NCBI RefSeq assembly: GCF_009914755.1
Contig: NC_060944.1
DNA from: the human T2T-CHM13v2.0 reference genome, Homo sapiens
Length of the DNA: 64,000 nucleotides
Strand: one strand, 5' to 3'
Positions 34,261 to 47,640 of the stretch are shown here, piece by piece (the stretch's first letter is position 1; every line of letters starts with the position of its first letter). The translations under genes and the position numbers were made by a program. The notes beneath the pieces are model-generated. The model was not told the DNA's origin. It saw nothing but the letters and a program-made list of their open reading frames with translations, and searched no databases.

Positions 34261-37063
34261 TAAATAAATATAGCTATCCTCTCTTGCTTGTTTTTAGTTC
34301 CTATTTGCATGGAATTTCTTTTTCCATCTTTTCACTTTCAGCCTATGCGTGTTCTTAAAACTAAAGTGAATCTTTTGTAGTTAGCATATGGTCAGCTCTT
34401 GTTTTTTTAATCCATTCAGTCTTTTAATTGGATAATTTCAGCCATTTATATCTAAAGTACTATCATTTTAAAATTGTTTTGTGGCTCTTTTGCCGTTCCT
34501 TTATTCAATTCTTCCAATCTTGCTGTCTTCCTTTGTGATTTGATTATTTTTGTAGTGATGCACTTTGATTCTTTTCTCTTTATCTTTTGTGATTTATCTT
34601 TATTGTTACCATGAAGCTTACATAAAACATCTTATAGTTATTGCAGTATATTTTAATCTGATAACAGCTTACCATTCATTACATACAAAAACTCTCCATT
34701 TTAACTTCTCTTCCCCCCAAACTTTGTGTTATTAATGTCATAATTTATATCTTTTATATATCCTTATTAAATTATTGTATATATAGTTATTTTTAATACT
34801 TTTGTCTTTTAACTGTTACACTGGAACTAAAAGTGATTTATACACCACTAGTACAATATTAGAATACTCTCAATTTGACTATATTCTTACCTTTAAATTG
34901 AGTTTTATACTTGTACATGCTTTCATGTTAGTATTCTTTTGTTTCTACTTGAAGAACTCCCTTTAGTATTTCTTATAATACAAATCTAGTGATGATTAAC
35001 TCTCATACCTTTTGTCTGTCAGGGAAAGTCCTTATCTCTCCTTAATTTCTGAAGGACAGTCTTGCAGGTTATAATATTCTTGGTTAGCAGGGTTTTGTTT
35101 TTTTTTTCTTCTTCAATACTTTGAATATATCACTGTACTCTTTCCTGACCTCCAAAGTTTCTGGTGAGAAATCTTCTGATAGTCTAACAGACATTCCCTT
35201 GTGAGTGGCAATTTGCTTTTCTCTTACTGCTTTCAAAATTATTACTTTTTGTCTTTGACTTTTGAGAATTGTATTATAATTGTGTCTCAATGAAGATCTC
35301 TTTATCTTTAATATATTTGGGGCTCTTTGGAATTTATATATCTGAATATTAACTTCCCTTTCCAGATTTGGAAGATTTCCTGTCATTATTTGTTTAATAT
35401 GCTTTTAGCCTCTTGCTCTTTCTGTGTTCCTTCCAGAACTTTCTTATTGGTATGCTTGATTGTGTTCCATAAATCCCATATCCTTTCTTCACTCTTTAAA
35501 TTTTTGGTGGTGTTGTTGTTGTTCTGACTGGGTAATCTCAAATGACCTTTCTTTAAGCTCGATGATTCTTTCTTCTGTTTGATTGAGTTTGTTGTGAAAA
35601 AACTTTCAGTTCAGTCATTGTGTTCTTTAGCTCCAGAATTTTTGTTGTTTCCTTTTTATGGTTTCTAGCTCTTTGTTGAACTTACCATTTTGGTTTTTTG
35701 TTTCCTGATTTTTATTTAGTTGTCTGTTATCTCTTGCAGCTCACTGAGTTTCTTTAAGATTATTATTTTGAATTCTTTGGCCAGGCAGTTTATAAATTTC
35801 TATATTTTGAGGTCAGCTAATGTTTTTCATTTCGTTTCTTTGTTGGTGTCATGTTTCCCTGATTATTTGTGATCCTTGTGGCCATGTGTTGGTATCTGCC
35901 CATTTGGAAAAGCCCTTCACCAGTCAGCTGATCCAGAGATGCTCAATGGACCATCTGGTGTGGTCCATGGGTGGGCTTGCCACTAAAGTCCTTGGTAGGC
36001 TTGCCTGGTGCCTCATTCATCAGTTCACCAGGCCTGGTGCCTGGGTCCACAGGGGCTGGCTTGGAGGCTAGGTCCATGTGTCTGGCCTGTAGTATAGGAC
36101 CATGAAGAATGGCCTGGCACTGGGGCAGGCCTGGAGGCTGGGTCCACAGAGGTCTACCCAGTGTGATGATCTACAGGGCAGAATTAAATGCTGAGTTTGC
36201 TGGACCATGGAGCTGTGGGGAGTGACCTGTTGCTTGGAGTCACAGGGACTGGCTGGACCTGGAGCCTACATTTGCTGAATTTCCTGTATCAGCTATAATT
36301 GCTGAATTTCCAACATGGGAATTTCCAGCATAGGCCTGGCAGGGAGGCTGCATCTACAGGTATTGGCCTGGTGCCTGAGGCCAAAGGGACTGACACTGAG
36401 CCTGGGGAGGCCTGGAGACTGGGTCTGCAGGTGCAGATTTGTAGCTCGGGGCTGCAGAGGCCAGCCTTGCACTAGGTGGTCCTGAATTCTGAGGCTGCAG
36501 GGGCTTGCCTGGAAGTGTAGCAGGTCTGAGGGCTGAGACTTTGGGAGCCAGACTATAGCCTTGGGCTCTGGAGGCTGGCCTGGCACCAGTGTGGGCTTAA
36601 AGCCCAGGGTTGCAAAGCCACCCTGGTGCTAGGGCAGGTCTGAGATCAGCGGCTTTGGGACCATCCTGGGACCAGAACATCTTGTCATCACTGCTCACGT
36701 GGCATTTAACCCAAGCTGTCTTGTTCTGGTGTTTAACAGATTCAAGGAAGCCTTTTTATCCCTAACCCCACTAACACCCTTGGCTCCTTAGGTTAGGCCT
36801 CATGAGAATTCTCTTTTTTTATTTCCCAAGGCTACTAGCCAAGCTCTGGGCCATAGTGAACCACCAGTAGTGTCTTGATGACTTCTTGATGACTGAGTAA
36901 CTATGGGTGAATGAATGTATCTCATAGTCCCTGAGTGTGAGTCTAGATGTGTGTTACTGAGGAATGTAGAGGAGTTTCTGGTCTGAGGGTAGGCTTTTCA
37001 GATCTCCAAGGTGAAGCATCCTGTAGCTCAGTTTTTCTTGAGGGCACAAATACAAAATCTAAA

Positions 37064-37245
37064 CCAGTGGATCTCAGACTGGTGTCCCATATCCAGCAGG
37101 CCACATCACTTAGGAACTTGGGAATGCAAATTCTCAGGGCCCATCTAGACTTCCTGAATCAGAACCTCTGGGGTGAGGCCATGCAGTGTATGCTATAACT
37201 AGCCTCCAGGGAATTTGGAGGCACTCTCAAGTGCAAGAACCACTG
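37064..37245. mobile_element. MER5A
   Basis: cagtggatctca...aatgcaaattctcagg...ctgaatcagaa.ctctgggg...agaaccactg. Confidence 0.88.
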
Positions 37246-37577
37246 GCCCAGAACACTGCATTTTTAGCTATGCTGCCAGAGGGAGCATAGTCTTTGGGAG
37301 TCTTCAGTCTTTGGGACGGGCCTTGGCTGACCCCAAGAGAGTTTACACAGCCTCTATGTCTGGAAAAGTCTCACAGAAAAATGCAGAGGTTTTTCCTTAG
37401 CTAAGAAGACTGACTCCTCTGGCCTCTTGAGGCTTGTGTCTATAAAGAGACATTCTGGAGACTTGGCTTCTGTCCCTGCTACATTGACTTTTTGTCAGCA
37501 GGCAGGTAGCAAGCAGTGTCTCCGAATCTTGTGCCTGGAGAAGGGAACAAATGTTCTGGGTACAGATGACCCTTCGC

Positions 37578-37690
37578 TTATTGTCCATCTTCCTTTCAGA
37601 AATCTAACTTCATGAGACCAGTGATAGAGTCCTGCTGTTTGCCTAGGTGTCGGGGGCACACAGTAGGTATACAATTAATGTTTGTTGATT
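37578..37690 (+). mobile_element. L2 3' end fragment
   Basis: ttcatgagacca...ggcacacagtaggta...aatgtttgttga. Confidence 0.55.
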
Positions 37691-38782
37691 TAAAAAAAGA
37701 AAGGTCCTTGGAGCATAGATGTTTAGAGGTCAGGTGAGGAATTAAGATTTATATCTTAACAGTTTCCTGAGCCTGAGTTGTAATTCTAAGGGGTAAACAA
37801 ACAACAGTTACATCTGAAGGTCCCTTGTATTGGGCCCTCTGATCACCTGTGGGTACAGGTGGGCAGAAGGGTGGTCACGGAGGGACATAATTCATTCAAA
37901 TGCCTTAGTCTGCCTCAAATGCCTCAAAGCACATGGATTCCAGCATGTTCTATTAGCGTTTCTTGAGAGTGGAGGATATAGGAACCTTCTCAGTGTTTAA
38001 AGTTTTAGAGAAGACTTATGGAGTGATGAGAAATGTTCCAGCATAGCTCCCAGGGCTGGGCCTGGATACTTCTAGCTTGGCTGTGAGCTTTGCTGTGGCT
38101 TCTTCAGCTGTTTGTGGGAGAGTGCTGACCAAGCAAGATTTCTCTCAATAAGAACTAGAACCAAATACAAAACTGAGGATGTGCCCTGGCTCCCACGGTA
38201 ATGATATTGTAAGATTATTTTATGTGCCGTTGAGATTGATGATCTCCTGTTTGCCAGGCAATGGTCCTCCTGTTACCCTAGCTGGATGACAGCATTAAGC
38301 CAGAGTGAAAGTGTATCAACCATTGACCTGTAACATACAGATCTGTCATGCATCTTCATTTCAGATGACAAATGTGAGTATGACATGTGGGTAAATCTTT
38401 ACCAGAGAATAGACCACCACAAAGGCAGGTGATCATATGTTTAGTTTGCTGACAGTAATTGAGTGAGCCTTTCCCTTCTTGCAAGGAAAGGAGAACTTGC
38501 AGTCAAAAGGGGAAAGATCCTCTCTTATCTTGTCCATCTTTATGGCCAGAACAAAAATATACCTCACTTCCTGTCTATCTCTTATCTCTGATCACACCTG
38601 GTTATCCTCAAGCAGAGAGTACATTTTTCAGTGAAGTAGTTCAATCATGATCTGGCCAACAAATTATTGTTTGTTAAATAACTTTTAATCTGATTATTAA
38701 AAATATGCATAATCTCTTACAGAAAACTTATGAAATATAGAAATATACACAGAAAACATAAAAATCACTGATACCCATAGCC

Positions 38783-40948
38783 TGACATCATTCTTTATGA
38801 TGAAAGACTGAAAGCGTTTTTCCTAAGATCAGGATGGCCATTCAGGGTACTCGAGGGTATGATAGAGACTGTGGAAGAAACAAAGCACACTCACACCAAC
38901 CACTAGAAATGAGGATGCCTGCTTTTGCTGGTTTGCTCAACATACCACTGGAAATCCTAATCAGAGCAATTAGGCAAGAAAAATAAATAAAAGGTATTGG
39001 AAAGGAAGTAGTAAAATTATATCTGTCATAGGCAACATGATCTTATATGTAGAAAACAAACTGTTGTTACTAATAAAGAAATTTAGCCCAGTTGCTGCAT
39101 ACAGGATCAACATACAAAAATCAGTTGCATTTCTATAAAATAACAATGAATAAGCTGAAAATGAAACCAAGAAAACAATTTTATTTATAACATTATCAAA
39201 AAGAATAAAATACTTAGGAATAAACTTAACCAAGGAGGAAGGCAAGAGATTTGTCCATTCAAAACTACAAAATGTTGATGAAAGAAATTTTTTAAAAATG
39301 TAAATAGATGAAAAGACATCACATATTTATGTAATTGGAATAGTTAATATTGTTAAGATGTCAAGATTACACAAAATGATCTACGTATTTAATATAATAC
39401 CCATCAAAATTGTAATAGTGTTTTTTGAAGAATTAGAAAAATCCACCCTAAAATTCATATAGAATCTTAAGGGACCCCAAATAGCCAAAACAATCTTGAA
39501 AAAGAATGAAGTTGGAAGTCTCACACTTACTGATTACAAAATATATTACAAAGCTACAGTGATCAAAACAGTGTAGTACTTGTGTAAAGACAGACATAGA
39601 TCAATGGAATAGAATAGGTAGCCCATATATTAACCCTCACATATGTGGTCAAATTATTTTCAACAAGAGTTCCAAGACTATTCAATGGGGAAAGGACAGT
39701 CTCTTCAACAAATGTTTCTGGGTAAACTTGATATCTACATGCAAAAGGATGAAGTTGAGCTCTTACCTTACACCATAGACAAAAATTAAGTCAAAATGAA
39801 TCAAAGACCTAAATATAATATCTAAAAATATAAAATTCTTAGAAGAAAACATAGGAGTAAAGCTTCCTGCTGTTGGATTTTGCAGGGATTTCTCAGATAT
39901 GACACCAAAACCATAGGCAACAAAAGTAGAAATATCTAAATTGGACTGCATCCAAATGAAAAACTTTCACCAATTAAAAAACACTATCAACACAATGAAA
40001 AGGCAACCTACAGAGTGGGAGAAAATACTTGCAAATTATATATCTGATCATAAGTTAATATCCAGGATATATAAGGAAGTCCTACATCTAAAAGCAAATG
40101 AGAAAACCCAAATAACCCAAAAAACTCAATAAAGGACTTGAATAGACATTCCTTCAAAAAAGATGTACAAGTGGCCGACAAGTGTATGAAAAAATGCTCC
40201 ATGTCACCAGTCACTAGGGAAATGCAGATCAAAACTGCAATGAGATATCACCTCCTACCTAGTAGGATGGCTGTCATAAAAAACAAACAAAACAGAAAAT
40301 AACAACTGTTGATAAGTCTGTGGAGAAATTGGAACCTTTGTGTACTCTTGGAGGGAATGTAAAATGGTGCAGCCACAGTGGAAAACAGTATGGTAATTCC
40401 TCAAAAAATTAAAAGTAGAATTGCCATATGATCCAGCAATTCCACTTCTAGGTATATGCCTGAAGGATTGAAAGCAGACACTCAAACAGATATCTGTACC
40501 CACATGTTCACAGCAGCATTATTTACAGCAGTCAAAATGTGGGAGCAACCCAAATGTCTAATGATTGATGAATAGATAAACAAAATGTGGCGTATACATA
40601 CAGCATTATTTAACCTTAAAAAGGAAGACAATTCTGGCACAAGTTACAATATGGATGAAATAAGTCAGTTATAAAAAGACAAATACTATATGGTGTAACT
40701 TATGTGTGGCATCAGGTACAGGCCGACTCACAGAAACAGGAAGTTGGATGGTGGTTGCCAGGTACTGGGGGGAGAAATAAGGGGAGCTACCGTGTAATGG
40801 TCATAGAGTTTCAGGTTTGCAAGATGAAAAAGTTCTGGGGACAGGTTGCACAAAAATGTGCGTATACTTAACACTACAGACTGTACACTTAGAATTGGTT
40901 AAAATGGTAAATTTTATGTCATATGCATTTTATCACAATTTTAAAAAG
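38783..40948 (+). mobile_element. L1MB ORF2 (RT to C-terminus) and 3' UTR
   Basis: aaaagaataaaatacttaggaataaacttaaccaagga, tggggaaaggacagtctcttcaacaaatg, gatccagcaattccacttctaggtatat; ORF reads MKRQPTEWEKILANY. Confidence 0.95.
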
Positions 40949-41109
40949 TCACTTATGATCCACATGATCTCAACATCAGAACTGACCAATGTTAACATTT
41001 TGGTATATAACTCTGTCTAGTTTGTAGATTTTTCTTTCCTAGGTGTATGTGTTTGCAAATGTGTGTGTGCATACACACATACCAACACAAAATTTGCTCT
41101 GTTCGTCTG

Positions 41110-41510
41110 ACAGTTCTGTAGGCATGTAGAGAACTACAAATTAGACAAGATAGTTCCTGCTCACATGAGCAGAGAGATACTCAAATAATGACAATGAAAT
41201 CTAGCTGTGCTCTAGTAACTAAACGCTGAAAATGTCAGAACACTGCGGGAGCCAGAGGGGGATGACCTGCAAAGAAGGAGGCATCCAAGTTGAGTTTTAA
41301 AGTATGAGTAGGAATTTTATAGCAGAAAGAGGGGATCATAGCATTCCAGGAAGGAGAATAGCATGTGAAAAGGCATGGGGTTGTAAAAGGTTGTGTGTAC
41401 TTGGGGAATAATGAAGAGTTCATGCCTGTGTTTCGAGAATTGGAGTGGGGTAGGTAGTGGCAGGTCACGAGCCTAGAGGAGATGGTTTGGGGCCATTTGG
41501 GGCTTTGGTC
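41110..41510 (-). mobile_element. L2 fragment
   Basis: gttcctgctcacat...aagttgagttttaaagtatgagtagga...gcattccaggaaggagaatagcatgtgaaa. Confidence 0.7.
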
Positions 41511-41872
41511 TTCTAGCTGTGAGCCAACAGGACCCACACCCTCCAAACCCTGAGATGGTTGGTTTGATTGATTTTAATAACAAGAATGATATTTTGGCTG
41601 CAACATGACACAACAATGATTACTAGGAATTACTTGTCATTGTAGAATTTGTATGATAACCCTTGAAAAGATGACCATTTATGGCTCTGCAAAAGGAAGT
41701 TACCAATATCCTCGTTACCAGATGTTTAAATTTCTAATGGGTATACAAGTTAGCTCGCAAAGGTTGATGTGCTCTTGCTGTTGCCTTTCCAATTGGTGCA
41801 CTTTGAAATAGACCAAGCAATGAGTATACAAGGTTTATTAATCTTTACTGTTTACAATAACAATAAAGCAAG

Positions 41873-42157
41873 ACATAATAAACTTTTAAATTTTCTAATA
41901 GCTACATTAAATAAAGTAAAAATGAACAGGTAAACTTGACTTGAATAATTTATTTTACCCATTTTAGTATTGAGATAGTATCATCAACATGAAGTCAATA
42001 TACAAATTAGTAATGAGCTATTTAAATTCTCTTTTTATAGTAATTCTTCAAAATCTGATGTATATTTTACACTTATAGCACATATCAATTCAGACTGTTC
42101 ACATTTTGAATGCTCAATAGCCACGTTGTCAGTGGCTATCCTATTGAATACAGCAGG
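41873..42157. mobile_element. MER33 (hAT-Charlie)
   Basis: ttttctaatagctacattaaa...tatattttacacttatagcacat.tcaattcagact...tgctcaatagccac. Confidence 0.85.
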
Positions 42158-43217
42158 TCTAGAACATGCAGTGGTTTAAACCCAATAAATAATAGCCACA
42201 CATTGTTCACAGCCTTTGGTTGGAATGAAACATGATCAGTATCAGCACTGTTTTAAGACTTTGCTCATAGTGCAGATCAAATTACTTCTCTGGCATTTAG
42301 GAAGGTTTAAGCTGATGGAGTATAATTTTCACTGACACTTTCATTTGCCAGGATCATATAGTGTCTAAAAAATATGCAGTCATGTCAAATCACGGTAATT
42401 AGTGCCAGAAAAAAAAATGTGTCAAAGCATGCATGCAGACTCTAACATCTCCACTTGCCAACCTCATGTGTGAATGTTCTTTTGCATTTTCATCTCAGTC
42501 AACAGAACTGAATTCTGCTTCAGGATATGTACCCACGGCCTGTGTTAGTATAGGTGGAATTGAATTTAGAACAGAACTTGGCCTGAAGGGTAAATGAGAA
42601 AGTGATCTTTAACACTGCTAAATATTGGAGGTAGCAAACACATAAGCATACACTAGACACTTTGATAAATGTGTTTGTATATGCGTTTGCATTTCAACCC
42701 CACTCAATAGAATTCATTCTTTCAGTCTCAATGTAAACATATCATACCCACTTTTCAAATTTTCCCTCATTCCATGTCTTACATGTTTTTAAGATACAGA
42801 TTTGAAACTCTTAAATCATACATTATCTTTTTCTCATTAGCAAAATTTCTTCCACAATCCATATTTTTTCTCCTCTCAAGATACACGCAATTTGTTGTAC
42901 ATCATAACCAGTTAGGTTCTTGCCAAAGGTATGAAATAATTTTTTTGAGATGGCGTTATCTTGACGCCAAGCCCTCCAATCAAGATAAGAAACTAGTTGG
43001 AAACCCCAACAGTTGGAAAGAAAACAAGACTTGAGCCCAGGAGTTGAGCAGTGTTTTCAAACTTTGAAGGAAAACAAAATCCTAAAAACAACTTATTATG
43101 GATAACAGACATTTGTTGTCTTCAAAAGCAGAAATGGTTTTTCCATATCTCTTATTTCATTTTGCCTTAAAAATGTTAGCTTTTTTCAAAATGTGGTTAT
43201 AAAGGAAAAGGTTGTGC

Positions 43218-43250
43218 TTTTTTTTTCTTTTCTTTTTTTTTTTTTTTTTT
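43218..43250. repeat. poly-T tract
   Basis: directly visible. Confidence 0.9.
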
Positions 43251-43789
43251 GAGTGGTAATTAAACAGATAAAGAAAACAAGGTAAAGATTCTAAAGTTTG
43301 AGGCTGTTAAAATAGCCAGACTCTGCATCTATTAAATAAGTTGGAAGCTTCCAAGAAATAACATAATTTGGAACTATTGTTATGATGTTGAAAGGGCTGT
43401 TGTGTGAGAGTCTGAAGGAGGAGGAGCTCTAGGGCAACAGGAAATGAGATTCAAGTAGGAAGTGAGAGGCTCACAGAGAATGAGAAAGCTGACTATTCGT
43501 CTGCCACTTGAGCAAGGAAGAGGCCCTGTGGAGAAAATCAACACCATTTTCTTAAAACATGCTCAAGAGGAATAATAACCTACCTTATTAGATTATGGAT
43601 GTTTTCTACTTCTTTTTTCTATCTTGGCTTCTTTCTCTTAAATTATTACTTTTTACTTATCTCAGGAATTAAAGCCTTCTCTCTTCTATTGGTAATCATT
43701 TCCTTTTGACTTATGATTTTACTTGTGTGACTTCCCATTGATATACCTTTATTACTTAACTTAAAGGCTCTGTAACTTTTTTCTTCTTC

Positions 43790-46540
43790 TTTAAAAAAGA
43801 CTGTTGGGATTTTGATTGGGATTGTGTTGAATCTATAGATCAAACTGGGGAGAATTGATATCTTAGTAATAATGAGTCTTCCAACACATGAATATGGTAT
43901 ATTGCTCCATTTACTTCAGTGTTCAATTTCTCTCAGCAATGTTTTGTAATTTTCATTTTACAGATCTGACACATCTTTTGTCAGATTTATCCCATTTTTG
44001 ACGTTAAAAAGTGTGTTGCTTTTTAAATTTTTGATATTTTGTTTTCATTTCAACTTTTAATTATTCATTGTTAGCATTTAAAAATGTGATAGATTTTTGC
44101 ATTTTGATTTTGTATCTTGCAACCTTGTGAAACTCACATATATGTTCTAATACCTTTTAGTCTACAACATTAAATTTTCCACATAGAGGGTTATAACATC
44201 TGCAAATGAAGACAGTTTTCTTTTGTCTTTCCAATGTAAAGAAAGACATTTTATTTATTTTTCTTGTCTTATTGCACTGGCTAGAACTTCTGTAATTTTG
44301 AACAGAAGTGAGGAGAGTAGCTATCCTTGTTTTGCCCCATATCTGGGAAATGCATTTAATCTTTCACTATTAGATTAATTATTCTGTTTTAGTCTTCAGA
44401 ATAATTCTGTCTTCATAAAATAAGTTACATGGGAGCTAGACAAGTTTTGTGTGCAATTGGTATTATTTATTTTTTAGTTGGTAGAACTTACCAGTGAAGC
44501 CATCTGGGCCTAGAGTTTTAGTTCTATTTGCATTAACGTTTTTAGATATAAATTCGATTTCTTTAGTAGATGAGGGCTATTCAAATTATCTATTTCTTTG
44601 GTAGTTTGTTCAGAAATGTGTTCATTTCATCCATGTTGTCAAATTTATTGACATAAGGTTGTTGAAATATCTACTTAGTGTCCATTACATATATATAGAA
44701 TCTGTGTTGATGTCACCTCCCTCATTCCTGATCTGTCTGAATAGTTATCATTTTTTTATGACCATCTCAAGAATCAGCTTTTGGTTTCATTGATTTTCTT
44801 AATTGTTTTCTTTGTTTGTTTATTTTGTATTTCGTTGATCCCACTCTGATCTTTATTATTTTCTATCTTCTACTTCCTTTGAGTTTTATTTGCTCTTCTT
44901 TTCTTAGTTTCTTAGGTTGGAAGCTGAGATCACTGATTTGAAACCTTTCTTCTTTTTCAATATAGATAAGTTCTATATATTTCCCCTTACTTGATGACAT
45001 CTGGCAATGTTTGATATGGTATGTTTTTATTTTCATCCATTTCAAAAATATTTCTAATTTCTCTTAGAATTCTTCTTTGACAAATTGATTATTTAGAAAT
45101 ATATTATTTGTTTCCAAATATTTTGGAGATTTTTCAATTATCCCTTTGTGACTGATTTCTAGTATAATTCCACTATGGACAGGGAACAAACTTTGTATGA
45201 CCTGAATCCTTTTAAGTTATTATAATCGAGGCTAATTTTATGGCCCAGAATATGGTTTGTTTTGACAGCTGTTCTGTGTGCACCTGAAGAGAACATGCTT
45301 TCTGCTGTTGTTGGATGGAGTGTTTTGTAACTGTCAATTTGGTCAAGTTGGTTGGTAGAGCTGTTGAAATCTACTATCTACTTACTAGCTTTCTGTCTAC
45401 TTGTTATATTAGGGATTGAGAGGAAGTGTTGAAGTATCTTTTTGTTCTCTCTTATTTTGGATAGTTTCTATTGGTATATCTTCGATGTCACTAATCTTTT
45501 ATTAGACGAAACATCTAATCTGCTGTTAATCTTGTCCAGCATATTTTTCTCAGATAGTGTGGTTTTCACTTAGAGATGCTCAATTAAATTTTTTTATATC
45601 TTCCATGTCTCTACGTAACTTTTGGAACATAGAACAGATAGTTATAACAACTTTTCTAATGTCGTGGCTCTAATTCTATCATCTGTGTCCATTCTTGGTT
45701 AGCTTTGATTGATTGATTTATCTCCTCATTATGGGTCCTGTTTTTCTACTCCTTTGTACAGTTGGTCATTTTTGATTGGATATACAGACATTGTGGATTT
45801 TACCTTATTAGGTGCTGGATATGTTTGTATTCTTATAAATATTCCTGAGTTTTGTTCTGAGATTCAGTTAGGTTACTTGGACACAGTTTGATTCTTTTGG
45901 ATCTTACTTTTTTGACTTGTTGGGCAGAATCACAGCAATGCTCACTGGGGCTAATTATTACCCACTTCTGAGGCAAGACCTTCCCATGTACTCTACCCAC
46001 TGCCCCAGGAATCTTTCCATTTTCCAGTCTTGCTGTTGAGAACAGGCACTATTCCTAGCCCTGTGTGAGTGCCGGGCGCTGTGACCTCTAACCTCTTCGA
46101 GTGGTTCTTTCCCAGGTAGGCTCTTCATCTGTATGTGCTGATCAGTGCTCAGCTGAATGCTCCTGCGGGACCCTCTGCAACCCTCTAGAATTCTGTGTCT
46201 GATCAGCTGTCTTCTCCCTAGTGCCCTTCCCTGAGGACTCTAGCTGTCTTGGTCTCCTTAGACTCTCAACTGCATCTCCCCAGTTCAAGAATCCTGCCAG
46301 TCTGCTTCTGTGTTTCCCTCCCCATGCTGCAGCATCTTGGAATCTCTCTCAAAGCAGTAAGCAGAGGGATTTCTAGGGCTCATGCCATTCATTTCTCATC
46401 TTTTGGGGATCACTGCCCTTTTGAGCCTGATATCTATTGTCTTGAAAACTGTTTTATATATTTTGCTTATTTATTTATTTTTGGTTGTTTAATGTAGGAG
46501 GGTAAATCCATTCCATTACTCCATCTTGATCAGAAGCTTG
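43790..46540 (-). mobile_element. old L1M (ORF2 fragments plus 5' region)
   Basis: gattttgattgggattgtgttgaatctatagatc (ORF reads MIYRFNTIPIKIP), cagtgaagccatctgggcct, ttctgctgttgttggatggagtgtt, then L1MD/ME-type 5' sequence. Confidence 0.85.
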
Positions 46541-46547
46541 ATCTGGG

Positions 46548-46670
46548 GCAAATATTTAAATCCCAGTTCCTCTATTTTCTCAATTTTCACCCATGTTTCA
46601 TAAGGCTGTTATCGAGTGTGTGAGTTGCTCAACGTAAAGTGCTTAGAGCATGCCTGGCATTTGGTAAGCT
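46548..46670 (+). mobile_element. MIR fragment
   Basis: ggcaaatatttaa...cagttcc...gtaaagtgcttagagcatgcctggca. Confidence 0.6.
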
Positions 46671-47369
46671 CCCCTCCATTTCAGGAGGGAAAATGACTGA
46701 GGTCCAAAAGAGACAATGGTCCCAATTGCTCTTCCTGAGATTGTCAAAAGAATCATGAGACAGTTCCTAGAATGAATGCTAGGCAAACCTCTGAGGTCAG
46801 ACAGTGGCTGAAGCATGAGTCCACAGAAGTGGGATGGTGCTGCCAATGATGACACCAGCCTCTCTCATCTCTCACGGGTAGTCTTGGAGAGTAAGAACAG
46901 CTCATGCAGCAAACTGCCATGAGTGACAGAGGAACCGATGAAAGATTTCTAGATGGAAACGATTGTTGCATCTGATAGTCTACTGTCAGTCTTGGGGATA
47001 AGAGGCATCCACTCAGATATGTATTGGAAAGTAGTTCAGAGCCTCAAATAATCAACAAATGTTTCCAGAACTTTGGGGATCATCTACTTTGGCCCCATTA
47101 TTGGGCTGATGAGAATACTGAACAATGGAAAGGTTAATTGACTTGTTCCAAAGGATTTCCCAATAGGGACTGATTAGGAACCTGATTGGAGAGTGGAGCA
47201 GCTGCTGTCAGGACCCTGCCTGGAGGTCCTCACCCTTACCACATCAAGTTCTGACTTCACTTCTTTGTCCAAGGGCTTTCTTTGACTCACAAAGCATGTT
47301 TTGCCTGTCGAGTAGAAGCATGAAAGTGTAGAGAAATAATGCCCTTGTCCAAGAATCCCTCTCAAATGA

Positions 47370-47640
47370 TGACTGCGGGAATTGGTGTGTAAGTACCCCA
47401 GCTTCCTTCCTCAGGAGCACATGCTTTACACTGCTTCCTGGAATTCACTCGTGGGATTGAGCTCCAGTTGTCTACAGTGGTAGCTGGTTTGATAACACAC
47501 GTTTTATTGATCACCTTCACTTCACTGTCTCATTTCTCTACCTCCTACTGGTGTTTCTTGGGCTCACATCCCCAAAATCATTGCTTGCCCTTAAATCCTT
47601 GTCTTGTTGTCTGCTTCTGGGGAGAACCCAAAATAAGGCA
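47370..47640 (+). mobile_element. LTR16A-like solo LTR
   Basis: aattggtgtgtaagtaccccagct...gggattgagctccagttg...aaatccttgtct..gtctgcttctgggg.gaacccaaa.taag.ca. Confidence 0.8.

Larger units (their letters stand above)
29605..36670 (-). mobile_element. near-full-length old L1 (L1MA/L1M2-3 age) with 3' end, ORF2, ORF1 and GC-rich 5' UTR; inactive
   Basis: ORF2 EN peptides LGHKTSLNKFKK and KKYLETNE..TTYQKL; ORF1 peptide ILKAVREK..HKG.SVRLS.DFS.ETL; many stops and frameshifts. Confidence 0.93.

Noticed and set aside
33004-35386. L1 ORF1/ORF2 peptides as CDS
   Set aside because: Fragmented by stops, frameshifts and nested insertions; the element is inactive.
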